Assembly (NCBI GenBank): GCA_029239355.1
Contig: JAQZAZ010000008.1
Span: 24,197-88,196, forward strand
DNA length: 64,000 nucleotides
Source of the DNA: Sphingobacterium sp.
GTDB taxonomy: Bacteria > Bacteroidota > Bacteroidia > Sphingobacteriales > Sphingobacteriaceae
Reading direction: 5' to 3'
Position 1 is the first letter of the stretch; each line of letters starts with the position of its first letter. The position numbers and the translations under genes are program-made. A model generated the notes under the pieces. It worked only from the letters and a program-made list of their open reading frames with translations. It searched no databases and was not told where the DNA came from. Shown piece by piece: positions 42,973-52,920 of the stretch.

Positions 42973-45294
42973 ATGATTGAAAAACGTATTATAGGTATTC
43001 TAGTTTTAATAATTGTTTTGTTAAACCCAATTGGGGCTCAAGAGTTCAATTGGAAAGACTACAATGTATCTTGGACCACACAGAGCAAAAATTCATCTGA
43101 ATCCATGCCTGTCGGTGGTGGAGATATCGGATTGAACGTTTGGGTGGAGAATGGCGAATTACTTTTGTACTTGGGAAAGACAGGTGCATTTGACGAGAAC
43201 AATACTTTGTTGAAGCTCGGCCGCATTCGCCTCCATCTATATCCCAACCCCTTTGCAGATGGAAAATTCCAGCAGGAATTGCAGTTGGATAAAGGCCATA
43301 TTGTCTTGAAGGGCCAAAGCAAAGGCGTTAAGGCCGAAGTACTGGTTTGGGTAGATGTGTTTAATCCCAATGTACATCTCGAAGTAAGTGCCAATCAGAA
43401 GATCAAGGTGGAAGCAGCTTACGAGAGCTGGCGTTTTCAGGATCTGTTTCCTAAGAAGAAGGAAAATAATGCGAATTCTTGGAAGTGGGCACCGCAAAAA
43501 CCAGTGGTGACACATAAAGATCAGATTGTGGCAGAAGCAAACAATATTGTTTTCTACCATCAAAATCAAGCGACTACCGCGTTTGACCTTGTCGTCGATC
43601 AACAAGGGCTGACAACCATTAAAGATTCGTTATATAATCCCTTGAAAAACAGGATTTCAGGCGGTCTTTTAAAAGGTGAAGATTTTGAATACGTTGGCCA
43701 GCGTGCAGGGACCTATATGAATACGCCGTACCAGTCTTGGATACTCAAAAGTAAAGCGGCAAAGACCAATCATGTGCTTCAAGTGACGTTGCATGTAGGG
43801 CAACAAGCAGACTTGCAACACTGGAAAACAGCACTGGAGGATCTGGCTACACCCAAACCTACCTTTGTATCGCTCAAACGAGCGACAGAATCCTGGTGGA
43901 AATCCTTTTGGGATAGAAGTCATATCGTCATCCAGCCTGGCTTAACAGATCCCAATAATGAAGCTTGGCAAGCTGGTCGAAACTATCAGTTGTTTCGATT
44001 TATGCTGGCTTGTAACGCTTATGGGGATTATCCGACAAAATTTAACGGGGGTTTATTCACCTATGATCCTGTCACAATTGATAGTACGTTTACGTTCACA
44101 CCGGATTTTCGTAATTGGGGTGGAGGTACCCACACGGCACAAAATCAGCGCTTGGTCTATTGGCCATTATTGAAGAGCGGTGATTTTGATCTAATGCCGG
44201 CACAATTTAAGTTTTACCAACGCCTTTTGGGGAACGCCGAATGGCGATCCAAATTTTATTGGGGGCATTCTGGCGCAAGCTTTACGGAGCAGATTGAAAA
44301 TTTTGGTTTACCCAATCCAGCAGAATACAATTGGAAACGGCCAAAAGATTTCGATAAGGGCCTAGAATATAATGCTTGGCTGGAATATGAGTGGGATACC
44401 GTACTGGAGTTCTGCATGATGATGCTGGAGACCGAACGTTACAATAAATCCGATATTCAGGCTTATATACCATTAATCGAGAGCTGCCTACGCTTTTTTG
44501 ACGAGCATTATCAATACCGGGCACGACAACGGGGCAGCAAGGTATTGGACGATGCAGGTCATCTTGTCTTGTATCCAGGTTCCTCCGCGGAAACCTATAA
44601 AATGGCGTATAATTCGGCAACGACGATTGCGGCTTTGCAGCAAGTAACCAAAGGATTGCTGGCATTACCCGAGACTTATGTCAATTCAGAATCACGGCGT
44701 TATTTTCAGGGTTTTTTGACCAGAATCCCACCTTTGCCGCAACGTGAACTTGGAGGCAAAAAGATGTTGGCGCCAGCACAGCTATGGGCCCGGGTCAACA
44801 ATACCGAATCCCCGCAGCTCTATCCTGTATATCCTTGGGGAATTTACGGTATTGGTAAACACGACATGGATATTGCTCTCAATACCTACAAGTATGATCC
44901 CGATGTGCTTAAATTCAAAAGTCATATCGGCTGGAAGCAGCATAATATCTTTGCCGCACGGTTGGGATTGACGGACGAAGCGAAGCAATTGACTGTCTCG
45001 AAACTCAAAAATGCAGAACGGCGATTTCCAACATTTTGGGGGCCGGGCTTTGACTGGGTTCCGGATCATAACTGGGGCGGTTCGGGCATGATCGGCTTAC
45101 AGGAAATGCTTTTGCAGGTAGTGGATGATAAAATTTACCTTTTTCCGGCATGGCCCAAAGATTGGGATGTGGATTTTAAGCTGCATGCTCCCGGGCAGAC
45201 CACCGTCGAAGGGAGGTTAAAGGATGGTAAATTATTGGATCTAAAAGTTTTTCCAAAAGAACGGGAAGCAGCTATTATCAACCTCTTAAAATAG
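42973..45294 (+). CDS. GH95-like (alpha/alpha)6 glycosidase (BT1010-type alpha-L-galactosidase candidate)
   Basis: SESMPVGGGDIGLNVW, YQLFRFMLA, HTAQNQRLVYW, ESPQLYPVYP, PDHNWGG and LFPAWPKDWDV.FKLHAP. The specificity is from recalled similarity only. Confidence 0.72.
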   Translation: MIEKRIIGILVLIIVLLNPIGAQEFNWKDYNVSWTTQSKNSSESMPVGGGDIGLNVWVENGELLLYLGKTGAFDENNTLLKLGRIRLHLYPNPFADGKFQQELQLDKGHIVLKGQSKGVKAEVLVWVDVFNPNVHLEVSANQKIKVEAAYESWRFQDLFPKKKENNANSWKWAPQKPVVTHKDQIVAEANNIVFYHQNQATTAFDLVVDQQGLTTIKDSLYNPLKNRISGGLLKGEDFEYVGQRAGTYMNTPYQSWILKSKAAKTNHVLQVTLHVGQQADLQHWKTALEDLATPKPTFVSLKRATESWWKSFWDRSHIVIQPGLTDPNNEAWQAGRNYQLFRFMLACNAYGDYPTKFNGGLFTYDPVTIDSTFTFTPDFRNWGGGTHTAQNQRLVYWPLLKSGDFDLMPAQFKFYQRLLGNAEWRSKFYWGHSGASFTEQIENFGLPNPAEYNWKRPKDFDKGLEYNAWLEYEWDTVLEFCMMMLETERYNKSDIQAYIPLIESCLRFFDEHYQYRARQRGSKVLDDAGHLVLYPGSSAETYKMAYNSATTIAALQQVTKGLLALPETYVNSESRRYFQGFLTRIPPLPQRELGGKKMLAPAQLWARVNNTESPQLYPVYPWGIYGIGKHDMDIALNTYKYDPDVLKFKSHIGWKQHNIFAARLGLTDEAKQLTVSKLKNAERRFPTFWGPGFDWVPDHNWGGSGMIGLQEMLLQVVDDKIYLFPAWPKDWDVDFKLHAPGQTTVEGRLKDGKLLDLKVFPKEREAAIINLLK

Positions 45295-45425
45295 GCTATT
45301 TGTGGATTGCTGATGGTATAATATCGCTTATGAATTGATTTAAGCATTGCGAGCCGGAGCAAAAGTATACACTTTTGAATGCTTGAATCTTACATTGCTA
45401 AAATACAAGGCTAAATAAATAAAAC

Positions 45426-45465
45426 TGGGCTGTCCATTATTTTGGGTAGCCCAATTTGTGTTTTT
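45426..45465 (+). terminator. Intrinsic terminator (GCTGTCCA family copy 2) closing the PUL block
   Basis: TGGGCTGTCCA-n6-TGGGTAGCCCA (two G-U pairs), followed by ATTTGTGTTTTT and preceded by an A-rich tract. Confidence 0.6.
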
Positions 45466-45486
45466 GACCCTTTATGGAAAGATGGT

Positions 45487-45505
45487 CATAACAGTGCATA
45501 ACAGT
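45487..45505. promoter_or_regulatory. Tandem direct repeat upstream of rhaT, candidate regulator site
   Basis: CATAACAGT at 45487 and 45497 (10-bp period), 52 nt before the rhaT ATG. Confidence 0.35.
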
Positions 45506-45557
45506 TCTAAAAAACCAATGAATTAACTTAGTTGCTAAGAACCTAAATAACGTTTAT

Positions 45558-46634
45558 ATGAATGCAGTTTTTGGAGTTATATTTCATTTCATAGGCGGAT
45601 TCGCCTCGGGAAGTTTTTATGTGCCGTACAAAAAAGTAAAAGGATGGTCCTGGGAATCCATGTGGATTTTAGGGGGGCTTTTTTCGTGGATTATTGTGCC
45701 GCCTATAGCGGCGATGTTAACCATACCCAATTTTGCTGAAATTATTAAAAGTACAGATAACACCATATTAGGTTATACTTTTTTGTTTGGTTTGCTTTGG
45801 GGAATTGGTGGATTAACCTATGGTCTTGGTGTGCGCTATCTCGGTGTTTCGTTAGGTAGCAGCATTATTTTGGGGCTTAGCATGGTCTTTGGCTCTTTGA
45901 TGCCCAGCATCTATTATTTTTTCAATAAGGCCGAGGGCAAACATGGCATAGATTATTTTTTTACTACCCAATCTGGTATTTGTATCCTTCTTGGACTTTT
46001 GGTCTGTGTGCTTGGTGTTTATCTATGTGGTAAAGCTGGTGTTTCAAAAGAAAAACACTTATCCACATTATCCACAGAAAGCAAGTCCGATTATAATTTT
46101 GGTTTAGGGATCGTTGTGGCTATTGTTTCAGGAATATTGAGTGCTTGTTTCAATTTCGGTATTGAAGCAGGAAAACCCATGGCTGACGTGGCAAATATAT
46201 TGTGGAAGTCTACGAATCCAAATCAAGGCGAATTTCTTTACCAGAATAATGTCACTTACATTGTGATTTTATGGGGTGGTTTTACGACTAATTTCCTATG
46301 GTGTCTTTACCTTTTGATCAAGAACAAAACGTTTTCGGATTATACGAAATCTGATGCACCTAAAGGCAAAAATTTCCTTTTATGTGCTTTAGCAGGAACG
46401 ACCTGGTATTTACAGTTTTTCTTTTACGGTATGGGCGAAAGCCGCTTAGGTAATGGAGCTAGTTCTTGGATATTGCATATGGCGTTTATCATTTTGATAT
46501 CAAATGCTTGGGGTGTGGTACTCAAAGAATGGAAAGGTGTAGATCGGCCTACCTATCGTTCCATAATAGCTGGTATCGTGACAATTATCATCTCCATTTG
46601 TATCGTGGGATTTGCTAAAACATTAGAAAATTAA
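45558..46634 (+). CDS. rhaT: L-rhamnose:H+ symporter
   Basis: GSFYVPYKKVKGWSWE, LWGIGGLTYGLGVRYLGVSLG, WYLQFFFYGMG and SNAWGVVLKEWK. Confidence 0.95.
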   Translation: MNAVFGVIFHFIGGFASGSFYVPYKKVKGWSWESMWILGGLFSWIIVPPIAAMLTIPNFAEIIKSTDNTILGYTFLFGLLWGIGGLTYGLGVRYLGVSLGSSIILGLSMVFGSLMPSIYYFFNKAEGKHGIDYFFTTQSGICILLGLLVCVLGVYLCGKAGVSKEKHLSTLSTESKSDYNFGLGIVVAIVSGILSACFNFGIEAGKPMADVANILWKSTNPNQGEFLYQNNVTYIVILWGGFTTNFLWCLYLLIKNKTFSDYTKSDAPKGKNFLLCALAGTTWYLQFFFYGMGESRLGNGASSWILHMAFIILISNAWGVVLKEWKGVDRPTYRSIIAGIVTIIISICIVGFAKTLEN

Positions 46635-46657
46635 TATTAAAACAAAATATAGAAGAA

Positions 46658-48766
46658 GTGAAAACGTACAAACATGTCAATTATTTATGGGACGATCAGA
46701 AAGCTCAAGCACTTAGTGGTGATGAGGTAGCTTTGTTGTTATATCGTTCAAATATTCTAGGTGCAGATTTAAGAATCACAAATTATGGCGGTGGTAATAC
46801 GTCTTGTAAAGTTGTGGAAAAAGATCCGTTGACGGGCGAAGAAGTTGATGTGATGTGGATTAAAGGATCTGGTGGAGACATCGGAACGTTAAAAAAGTCC
46901 GGTCTTGCGGCTCTTTATTTGCAACGTCTCCGCAATTTGGAGAATGTCTATCGTGGTCTTGAACATGAAGATGAAATGGTTGAGTTATTTAACCATTGTA
47001 TCTATGATTTAGCGTCAAAAGCACCTTCTATAGATACGCCTTTACATGGATTCTTACCATTTAAACATATTGATCATTTACATCCCGATGCTGCGATTGC
47101 GATTGCTGCGGCCAAAGATGGTAAAAAAATTACGCAGGAATTGTTCGGCGGAACCATTGGCTGGGTAGATTGGCAACGTCCAGGATTCGATCTGGGGCTG
47201 CAATTGCGTGCCTGCCTGGAAGAAAATCCAGGTATCCGTGGTATTATGTTGGGTTCACATGGTTTATTTACTTGGGGCGATACAGCATACGAATGTTATA
47301 TCAATTCCTTGGATGTAATCGAAGTTTGCGCAGAATATCTTGAACAAAACTATGGCAAAAAAGCACCTGTATTTGGTGGGCAGAACGTAACTAGCTTGAA
47401 CAAGGAGGAAAGAACGTCACAGGCAGCCAAACTCGCTCCTGTTTTACGCGGTTTCTGTTCAAGTGAACGTCACATGATCGGACACTTCACGGATGATGAG
47501 CGTGTATTGGAATTTATCAATTCACATGATTTAGAACGTTTGGCTCCGCTTGGTACCAGCTGCCCTGACCACTTCTTAAGAACTAAAATTCAACCGTTGG
47601 TATTGAATCTGGATAAATCAGAAGATTTGGACAACGTGGAGGGGCTAAAAGCGAAATTGACGCCATTGTTTGAAGCGTACCGTGAAATGTATGCACAGTA
47701 TTACGAAAACTGTAAACATGAAAACAGCCCAGCTGTACGTGATAAAAACCCGGTCATTGTTTTGTATCCAGGTGTTGGTATGTTTGCTTTTGCCAAAGAC
47801 AAACAAACGGCACGAGTAGCGGCAGAATTCTATACCAATGCGATCAACGTAATGAAAGGGGCCGAAGCCGTAAGTGAATACACTGCTTTGCCTCGTCAGG
47901 AAGCGTTTGATATTGAATATTGGTTACTGGAAGAAGCGAAACTTCAACGTATGCCAAAACCAAAAGCTTTGTCTGGAAAAATTGCCTTGGTCACTGGAAG
48001 CGGTGGCGGTATCGGAAAAGCAATTGCCAAAAAGATGGCTCAAGAAGGTGCTGTTATTGTCTTAAATGATATCAATACAGAACGTTTAGAGTCAAGTAAA
48101 GCAGAATTTGTAACCGAGTTTGGAAAAGATGCAGTCATCGCTACGATCCTTGATGTAACCAATGCGGAATCCATTAAGGACGCCTTAAAAGATGCTGCTT
48201 TAGCATTTGGTGGTATCGATATTGTCGTAAATAATGCGGGATTATCGATTTCCAAGACAATCGAAGATCATACAGAGAAAGATTGGGATTTATTGTATAA
48301 CGTATTGGTAAAAGGCCAATTCTTAGTTACTCAAGGAGCGACCTCACTCTTAAAAGGCCAAGCAATTGGTGGTGATATCATCAACATCGTCAGTAAAAAT
48401 GCCTTGGTTAGTGGTCCCAATAATACAGGATACGGGAGTGCAAAAGCTGCACAATTGCATTTAAGTCGTTTATGTGCAGCAGAATTAGGGCCTGCAGGAG
48501 TACGTGTGAACGTTGTGAATCCAGATGCGGTTATTTCAGACAGCAATATATGGGCAGGTGGATGGGCTGAAGGTCGCGCTAAGGCTTATGGCATCACGGT
48601 CGCTGAATTACCAGCTTACTATGCAAAACGCACGCTTTTGAATCAGATCATCCTTCCAGAAGACATTGCAAACGCATGTTTTGCTTTTGTCGGTGGATTA
48701 TTGAATAAATCTACTGGAAATGTTCTAAACGTTGACGGAGGTGTTGCTATGGCGTTTGTACGCTAA
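46658..48766 (+). CDS. rhaEW: Bifunctional rhamnulose-1-phosphate aldolase / short-chain dehydrogenase
   Basis: Class II aldolase region (NYGGGNTS, KAPSIDTPLH, HIDHLHPD, SCPDHFLRTK) fused to an SDR domain (VTGSGGGIG, NNAG, YGSAK, NPDAV); GTG start. Confidence 0.95.
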   Translation: MKTYKHVNYLWDDQKAQALSGDEVALLLYRSNILGADLRITNYGGGNTSCKVVEKDPLTGEEVDVMWIKGSGGDIGTLKKSGLAALYLQRLRNLENVYRGLEHEDEMVELFNHCIYDLASKAPSIDTPLHGFLPFKHIDHLHPDAAIAIAAAKDGKKITQELFGGTIGWVDWQRPGFDLGLQLRACLEENPGIRGIMLGSHGLFTWGDTAYECYINSLDVIEVCAEYLEQNYGKKAPVFGGQNVTSLNKEERTSQAAKLAPVLRGFCSSERHMIGHFTDDERVLEFINSHDLERLAPLGTSCPDHFLRTKIQPLVLNLDKSEDLDNVEGLKAKLTPLFEAYREMYAQYYENCKHENSPAVRDKNPVIVLYPGVGMFAFAKDKQTARVAAEFYTNAINVMKGAEAVSEYTALPRQEAFDIEYWLLEEAKLQRMPKPKALSGKIALVTGSGGGIGKAIAKKMAQEGAVIVLNDINTERLESSKAEFVTEFGKDAVIATILDVTNAESIKDALKDAALAFGGIDIVVNNAGLSISKTIEDHTEKDWDLLYNVLVKGQFLVTQGATSLLKGQAIGGDIINIVSKNALVSGPNNTGYGSAKAAQLHLSRLCAAELGPAGVRVNVVNPDAVISDSNIWAGGWAEGRAKAYGITVAELPAYYAKRTLLNQIILPEDIANACFAFVGGLLNKSTGNVLNVDGGVAMAFVR

Positions 48767-48777
48767 TTTTTATATCT

Positions 48778-48820
48778 TAGGTGTCGCGTTCAGAAAGGGA
48801 AAAGATGTACGCGACACCTA
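48778..48820 (+). promoter_or_regulatory. 12-bp perfect intra-operon stem-loop between rhaEW and rhaI
   Basis: TAGGTGTCGCGT (48778-48789) pairs with ACGCGACACCTA (48809-48820) around a 19-nt purine-rich loop, followed by GTATTTTT. Confidence 0.55.
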
Positions 48821-48847
48821 GTATTTTTACACGATAACCATTAAATC

Positions 48848-50122
48848 ATGATTTTAGATAAGAAAATTATAGATCAGCACAATAACCAATTAAAAGATAA
48901 GCATAAAAGAGCATTTGACTATGTGTCGGGAGATATTGCACAGGTAGATGAAATTCTGGAGAAACTTCAAAAGTTTCAAATTGCCATACCAAGCTGGGCA
49001 TTAGGTACAGGTGGAACTCGTTTTGGCCGTTTTTCCGGTGCTGGTGAACCGGCTACTTTAGAGCAAAAGCTTGAGGATGTTGGGTTGTTGCATGCACTTA
49101 ACAAATCGAGTGGAGCAATTTCGCTGCACATCCCCTGGGATATTCCTTCAGATGCAGCGAAAATTAAAACATTAGCATCTTCCTTGGACATTGGATTTGA
49201 TGCAGTAAACTCTAATACTTTTCAAGATCAGGCAGGCCAGGAGCATAGCTATAAGTTTGGCTCACTACACCATGTCGATCCAAAAGTTCGTCAGCAAGCT
49301 GTAGATCATAATATTGAAGTAATCAACTATGGCAAAGCAGTTGGTTCTAAAGCGTTGACCGTTTGGTTGGCCGATGGATCATCTTTCCCCGGACAGTTGA
49401 ATTTCAGAGAAGCTTTCCAAAATACCTTATCAAGCTTACAGGAAATCTACAAACACTTGCCAGAAGATTGGAAACTTTTTGTAGAGTACAAAGCATTTGA
49501 ACCGTATTTTTATTCCATGACAATTGGTGATTGGGGACAATCCCTATTGTTGGCAAACAAATTAGGACCGAAAGCATATACATTAGTTGATTTGGGACAC
49601 CATCTGCCAAATGCAAATATTGAACAAATTGTTTCTTTATTGTTGATGGAAGGCAAATTGGGCGGATTCCACTTCAATGATAGCAAATATGCGGACGATG
49701 ACCTGACTGCGGGTAGTATCAAACCTTATCAGCTATTTTTGATCTTTAATGAATTGATCGACGGTATGGATGTGAAAGGTATTAATCATGCGAGTGGACT
49801 GGGTTGGATGATTGATGCCTCTCATAATTTAAAAGATCCATTGGTAGACCTTTTACAGTCAGTTGAAGCGATTAAGATTGCATATGCTCAGGCTTTGCTG
49901 GTCGATCGTAAAGCGTTGAAACAGGCACAGCAAGCAAATGACATCGTGAAGGCACAGGAAATCTTGCAGGATGCATTCCGTACTGATGTCAGACCGCTTG
50001 TTGCAGAAGCAAGGCTAAGAAGTGGCGCAGCCCTAAATCCAGTTCAATTATTCAACAAAGAAAATTTGCGGAATAAACTTATCGAGGAACGCGGGGTAAA
50101 TTCTATAGCTACAGGTTTGTAA
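48848..50122 (+). CDS. rhaI: L-rhamnose isomerase (RhaI/xylose-isomerase-like TIM barrel)
   Basis: PSWALGTGGTRFGRF, SLHIPWD, NSNTFQD, EYKAFEP, DLGHH, HFNDS..ADDD and MIDASHN. Confidence 0.9.
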   Translation: MILDKKIIDQHNNQLKDKHKRAFDYVSGDIAQVDEILEKLQKFQIAIPSWALGTGGTRFGRFSGAGEPATLEQKLEDVGLLHALNKSSGAISLHIPWDIPSDAAKIKTLASSLDIGFDAVNSNTFQDQAGQEHSYKFGSLHHVDPKVRQQAVDHNIEVINYGKAVGSKALTVWLADGSSFPGQLNFREAFQNTLSSLQEIYKHLPEDWKLFVEYKAFEPYFYSMTIGDWGQSLLLANKLGPKAYTLVDLGHHLPNANIEQIVSLLLMEGKLGGFHFNDSKYADDDLTAGSIKPYQLFLIFNELIDGMDVKGINHASGLGWMIDASHNLKDPLVDLLQSVEAIKIAYAQALLVDRKALKQAQQANDIVKAQEILQDAFRTDVRPLVAEARLRSGAALNPVQLFNKENLRNKLIEERGVNSIATGL

Positions 50123-50136
50123 TAGGGGAAAAAAGA

Positions 50137-51504
50137 ATGAAGGGGAAACCAATACCAGTAGTCGCAATATTCGACGTTGGGAAGACGAACAAGAAATTAT
50201 TTCTCTTTAACGAGCAGTATCAAATTGTATTTGAACGGTCTGCTCGTTTTTTGGAGACTGTAGATGAGGATGGCGATCATTGTGAGAATTTGGAGAGTTT
50301 GCGTCTGTCAGTATTTGATTCTTTACATGAAGTATTCCGAAAAGGGGAATTTGAAATTAAAGCAATTAATTTTACATCCTACGGGGCAAGCTTTGTGTAC
50401 ATTGATAAGGATGGACGCCCATTGACACCCCTGTATAATTATCTAAAAGAATATCCGAAAAAGTTATTGGAATCCTTTTATGCGCAATTTGGTGGTAAGG
50501 ATAAATTTTCAATTGAAACATCATCACCTAGTTTAGGTAGTCTAAATTCGGGACTACAGGTCTACCGTCTTTCAAAACTTAAACCAGCAGTATTTAAAGA
50601 AGTAAAGTGGGCGCTACACCTTCCACAATACTTGAGTTATCTGATCTCGGGGCAAGCTTATTCGGATATGACAAGTATTGGATGTCATACAGCGCTATGG
50701 GATTTTAGTAAAAATAATTATCATAAGTGGGTAGAAGATACAGGAATTATTGATAAAATGGCTCCGATCGTTCAGGGAGATCGTCTTTATAGAGCGACAT
50801 TTCCGGGAAGTGGTTATCTCGTAGGTAGCGGTTTGCACGACAGTTCGTCTGCATTGATCCCCTATTTATTGAATTTTCACGAACCTTTTATATTGATTTC
50901 GACAGGAACCTGGTGTATTTCTTTCAATCCGTTCAACATTGACCCGCTCACCAAAGAAGAACTACTCAGTGACTGTCTTTTGTATATGACCTATACAGGG
51001 AAACCTGTGAAAGCATCACGACTATTTGCAGGATATGAACATGAGGAACAAATAAAACGTATTGCTAAAGCATTCCAGATTTCTACAGGTAAATTTAAGC
51101 AGATCGATTTAGACTGGACCATAATAGAGAAATATCAAGCCTTGGATATTTCGGATGAATTGTCTGCCTTTTCCACGATTGATCTGAGTCATTTTAGCGA
51201 TTATATCGAAGCTTATCATGTGCTAATGATGCATTTGGTCAAGGCTCAAGTGAAGGCGACTACTCTTGTCATGAATCAAACCGGAGTGCAGCGAATATTT
51301 GTGGATGGAGGTTTTAGCCGTAATCACATATATATGGGACTACTGGCCCAAGCCTTTCCAAATAGTGAAGTGTTTGGAGCCTCCATGGCCCAAGCAACAG
51401 CACTTGGTGCTGCTTTAGTGATTCATGATCATTGGAATAGCCGAGCGATTCCAAATGATATTATAGAGCTAAGGTATTTTAGAACCAAGCAGCAAACACA
51501 TTAG
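50137..51504 (+). CDS. rhaK: FGGY carbohydrate kinase, rhamnulokinase by context
   Basis: IFDVGKTNKK, TSIGCHTALWDF, GLHDSS, ISTGTW and FVDGGF; last gene of the rha operon. Confidence 0.82.
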   Translation: MKGKPIPVVAIFDVGKTNKKLFLFNEQYQIVFERSARFLETVDEDGDHCENLESLRLSVFDSLHEVFRKGEFEIKAINFTSYGASFVYIDKDGRPLTPLYNYLKEYPKKLLESFYAQFGGKDKFSIETSSPSLGSLNSGLQVYRLSKLKPAVFKEVKWALHLPQYLSYLISGQAYSDMTSIGCHTALWDFSKNNYHKWVEDTGIIDKMAPIVQGDRLYRATFPGSGYLVGSGLHDSSSALIPYLLNFHEPFILISTGTWCISFNPFNIDPLTKEELLSDCLLYMTYTGKPVKASRLFAGYEHEEQIKRIAKAFQISTGKFKQIDLDWTIIEKYQALDISDELSAFSTIDLSHFSDYIEAYHVLMMHLVKAQVKATTLVMNQTGVQRIFVDGGFSRNHIYMGLLAQAFPNSEVFGASMAQATALGAALVIHDHWNSRAIPNDIIELRYFRTKQQTH

Positions 51505-51554
51505 TGCGATGTTATAGTTGAATAGGATTTAGTTTTTTTATTAGTTATCGTTTG

Positions 51555-51587
51555 AGGTCAGACAAATCGTTGTCTGGCCTTATTTTT
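51555..51587 (+). terminator. Rho-independent terminator of the rha operon
   Basis: AGGTCAGACAA-atcg-TTGTCTGGCCT followed by TATTTTT. Confidence 0.75.
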
Positions 51588-51753
51588 AAAATATATAATT
51601 ACACAGTCATTCGCTTTCTCTAAAAAATACTCAATAGTCATTGAAAGAAAGTGAATAAGCAAGATCAATGTATTTTAGGAAATGATAAACATTTCTAAAA
51701 AGTTAAAACGAATCACAGGTTTGCTGATGGTAAAATGTTAAATTTCAGAATCT

Positions 51754-52821
51754 ATGATAAGATCAACAATAGGTTATAGTGCTATTTTAATGCTGGCAAG
51801 CAGTTTGTTTATGAAAACTTTCTCGCAAACACAAAAAACGTTATTTGTCAAATCGGCCTATCCGACACCAGTAATTACAGAAGATCATCCTGATGTTTTG
51901 AAAAGCCAGAATAAAGCTGGTTTTGAAACAGGGCAGATTGTAAAGATTGAAGGAACCTATCACATGTTTATTAACGAGATGTTCGATCGACCTCATAAGG
52001 ACATGCGTATTGCTTATTGGACGAGTTTGGATGCAATACATTGGCAAAGACAGTCAACAATTGTGGAAAGCATTCTTGGAAGATCACCATATAATCCTCG
52101 CTCTGAGGTATGGGTAACAGCGGTTGAATTCAATAAACAGGAGAATGCATGGAATATTTTTTATGTTTCTTATCGTGCTGGTGATAAAGAAAAAGGCGAA
52201 GTCCTCGATTTTGACTATGCCGGTCGTATTTGGCGGGCGAAATCAGTAATTCCAGGTAAGAAGGGTATTGCGGGTCCTTATGCTGATATGGGTATTGTGT
52301 TACAGCCGGACGAGAATAGTCAACCTTGGGAAGGTCAACAGGCAGTTGCAGCATTTAATCCCTACAAAGTCGGTAATACTTGGTATGCGTTTTATGATGG
52401 GCATACCCATATTCCAAAGGGTGATTGGCCGCTTGGAATGGCGACGGCTACGACACTCAATGGACCTTGGAGACGTATGCCTCTTGGTCATAATCCAATT
52501 CCAATATCTCCGATATTTAATGAAAACTTGCAGGTTACGGAACTAAAAAAGGGACATTATTTAGCAGTTTTCGATTCGATGGGGGATCAGGAAATTGGCT
52601 ATAGCCTTTCTAGTGACGGTATACATTGGACTTCAGAAAAGCGACTGAAAATCCAGACCAGTGATCATCTTTGGGCAGAAGATGGTGATCATGCTACCCG
52701 TACACCATTGGGTGCGATAGAGGAAGAAGACGGTACATTAACGGTATTATACACCGCAATGTATAAAATGAATGGACGTACATTCTATGGATTGGGCAAA
52801 TGTACCTTAGATTGGAAATAA
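51754..52821 (+). CDS. Secreted five-bladed beta-propeller protein, putative unclassified glycoside hydrolase
   Basis: Signal peptide and propeller blade repeats (YHMF..WTSLDAIHW; WNIFY; WYAFY..GPWRR; IGYSLSSDGIHW; LTVLY). The GFETG, WEGQQ and RTPLG segments match no family I can name. Confidence 0.6.
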   Translation: MIRSTIGYSAILMLASSLFMKTFSQTQKTLFVKSAYPTPVITEDHPDVLKSQNKAGFETGQIVKIEGTYHMFINEMFDRPHKDMRIAYWTSLDAIHWQRQSTIVESILGRSPYNPRSEVWVTAVEFNKQENAWNIFYVSYRAGDKEKGEVLDFDYAGRIWRAKSVIPGKKGIAGPYADMGIVLQPDENSQPWEGQQAVAAFNPYKVGNTWYAFYDGHTHIPKGDWPLGMATATTLNGPWRRMPLGHNPIPISPIFNENLQVTELKKGHYLAVFDSMGDQEIGYSLSSDGIHWTSEKRLKIQTSDHLWAEDGDHATRTPLGAIEEEDGTLTVLYTAMYKMNGRTFYGLGKCTLDWK

Positions 52822-52860
52822 TATATTGAGCGCAAACAGGTGTTGAACTATTTGAACGTA

Positions 52861-52920
52861 AAAATAAAAGGCTCCCAAACGGGAGTAAGGAAACCTTTTA
52901 TTAAAACCTAAAATTATGAA
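52861..52920 (+). repeat. Hairpin-plus-leader element, copy A
   Basis: AATAAAAGG/CCTTTTATT outer stem with inner CTCCC-AAAC-GGGAG hairpin, then CCTAAAATTATGA; similar to 62461-62530. Confidence 0.45.
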
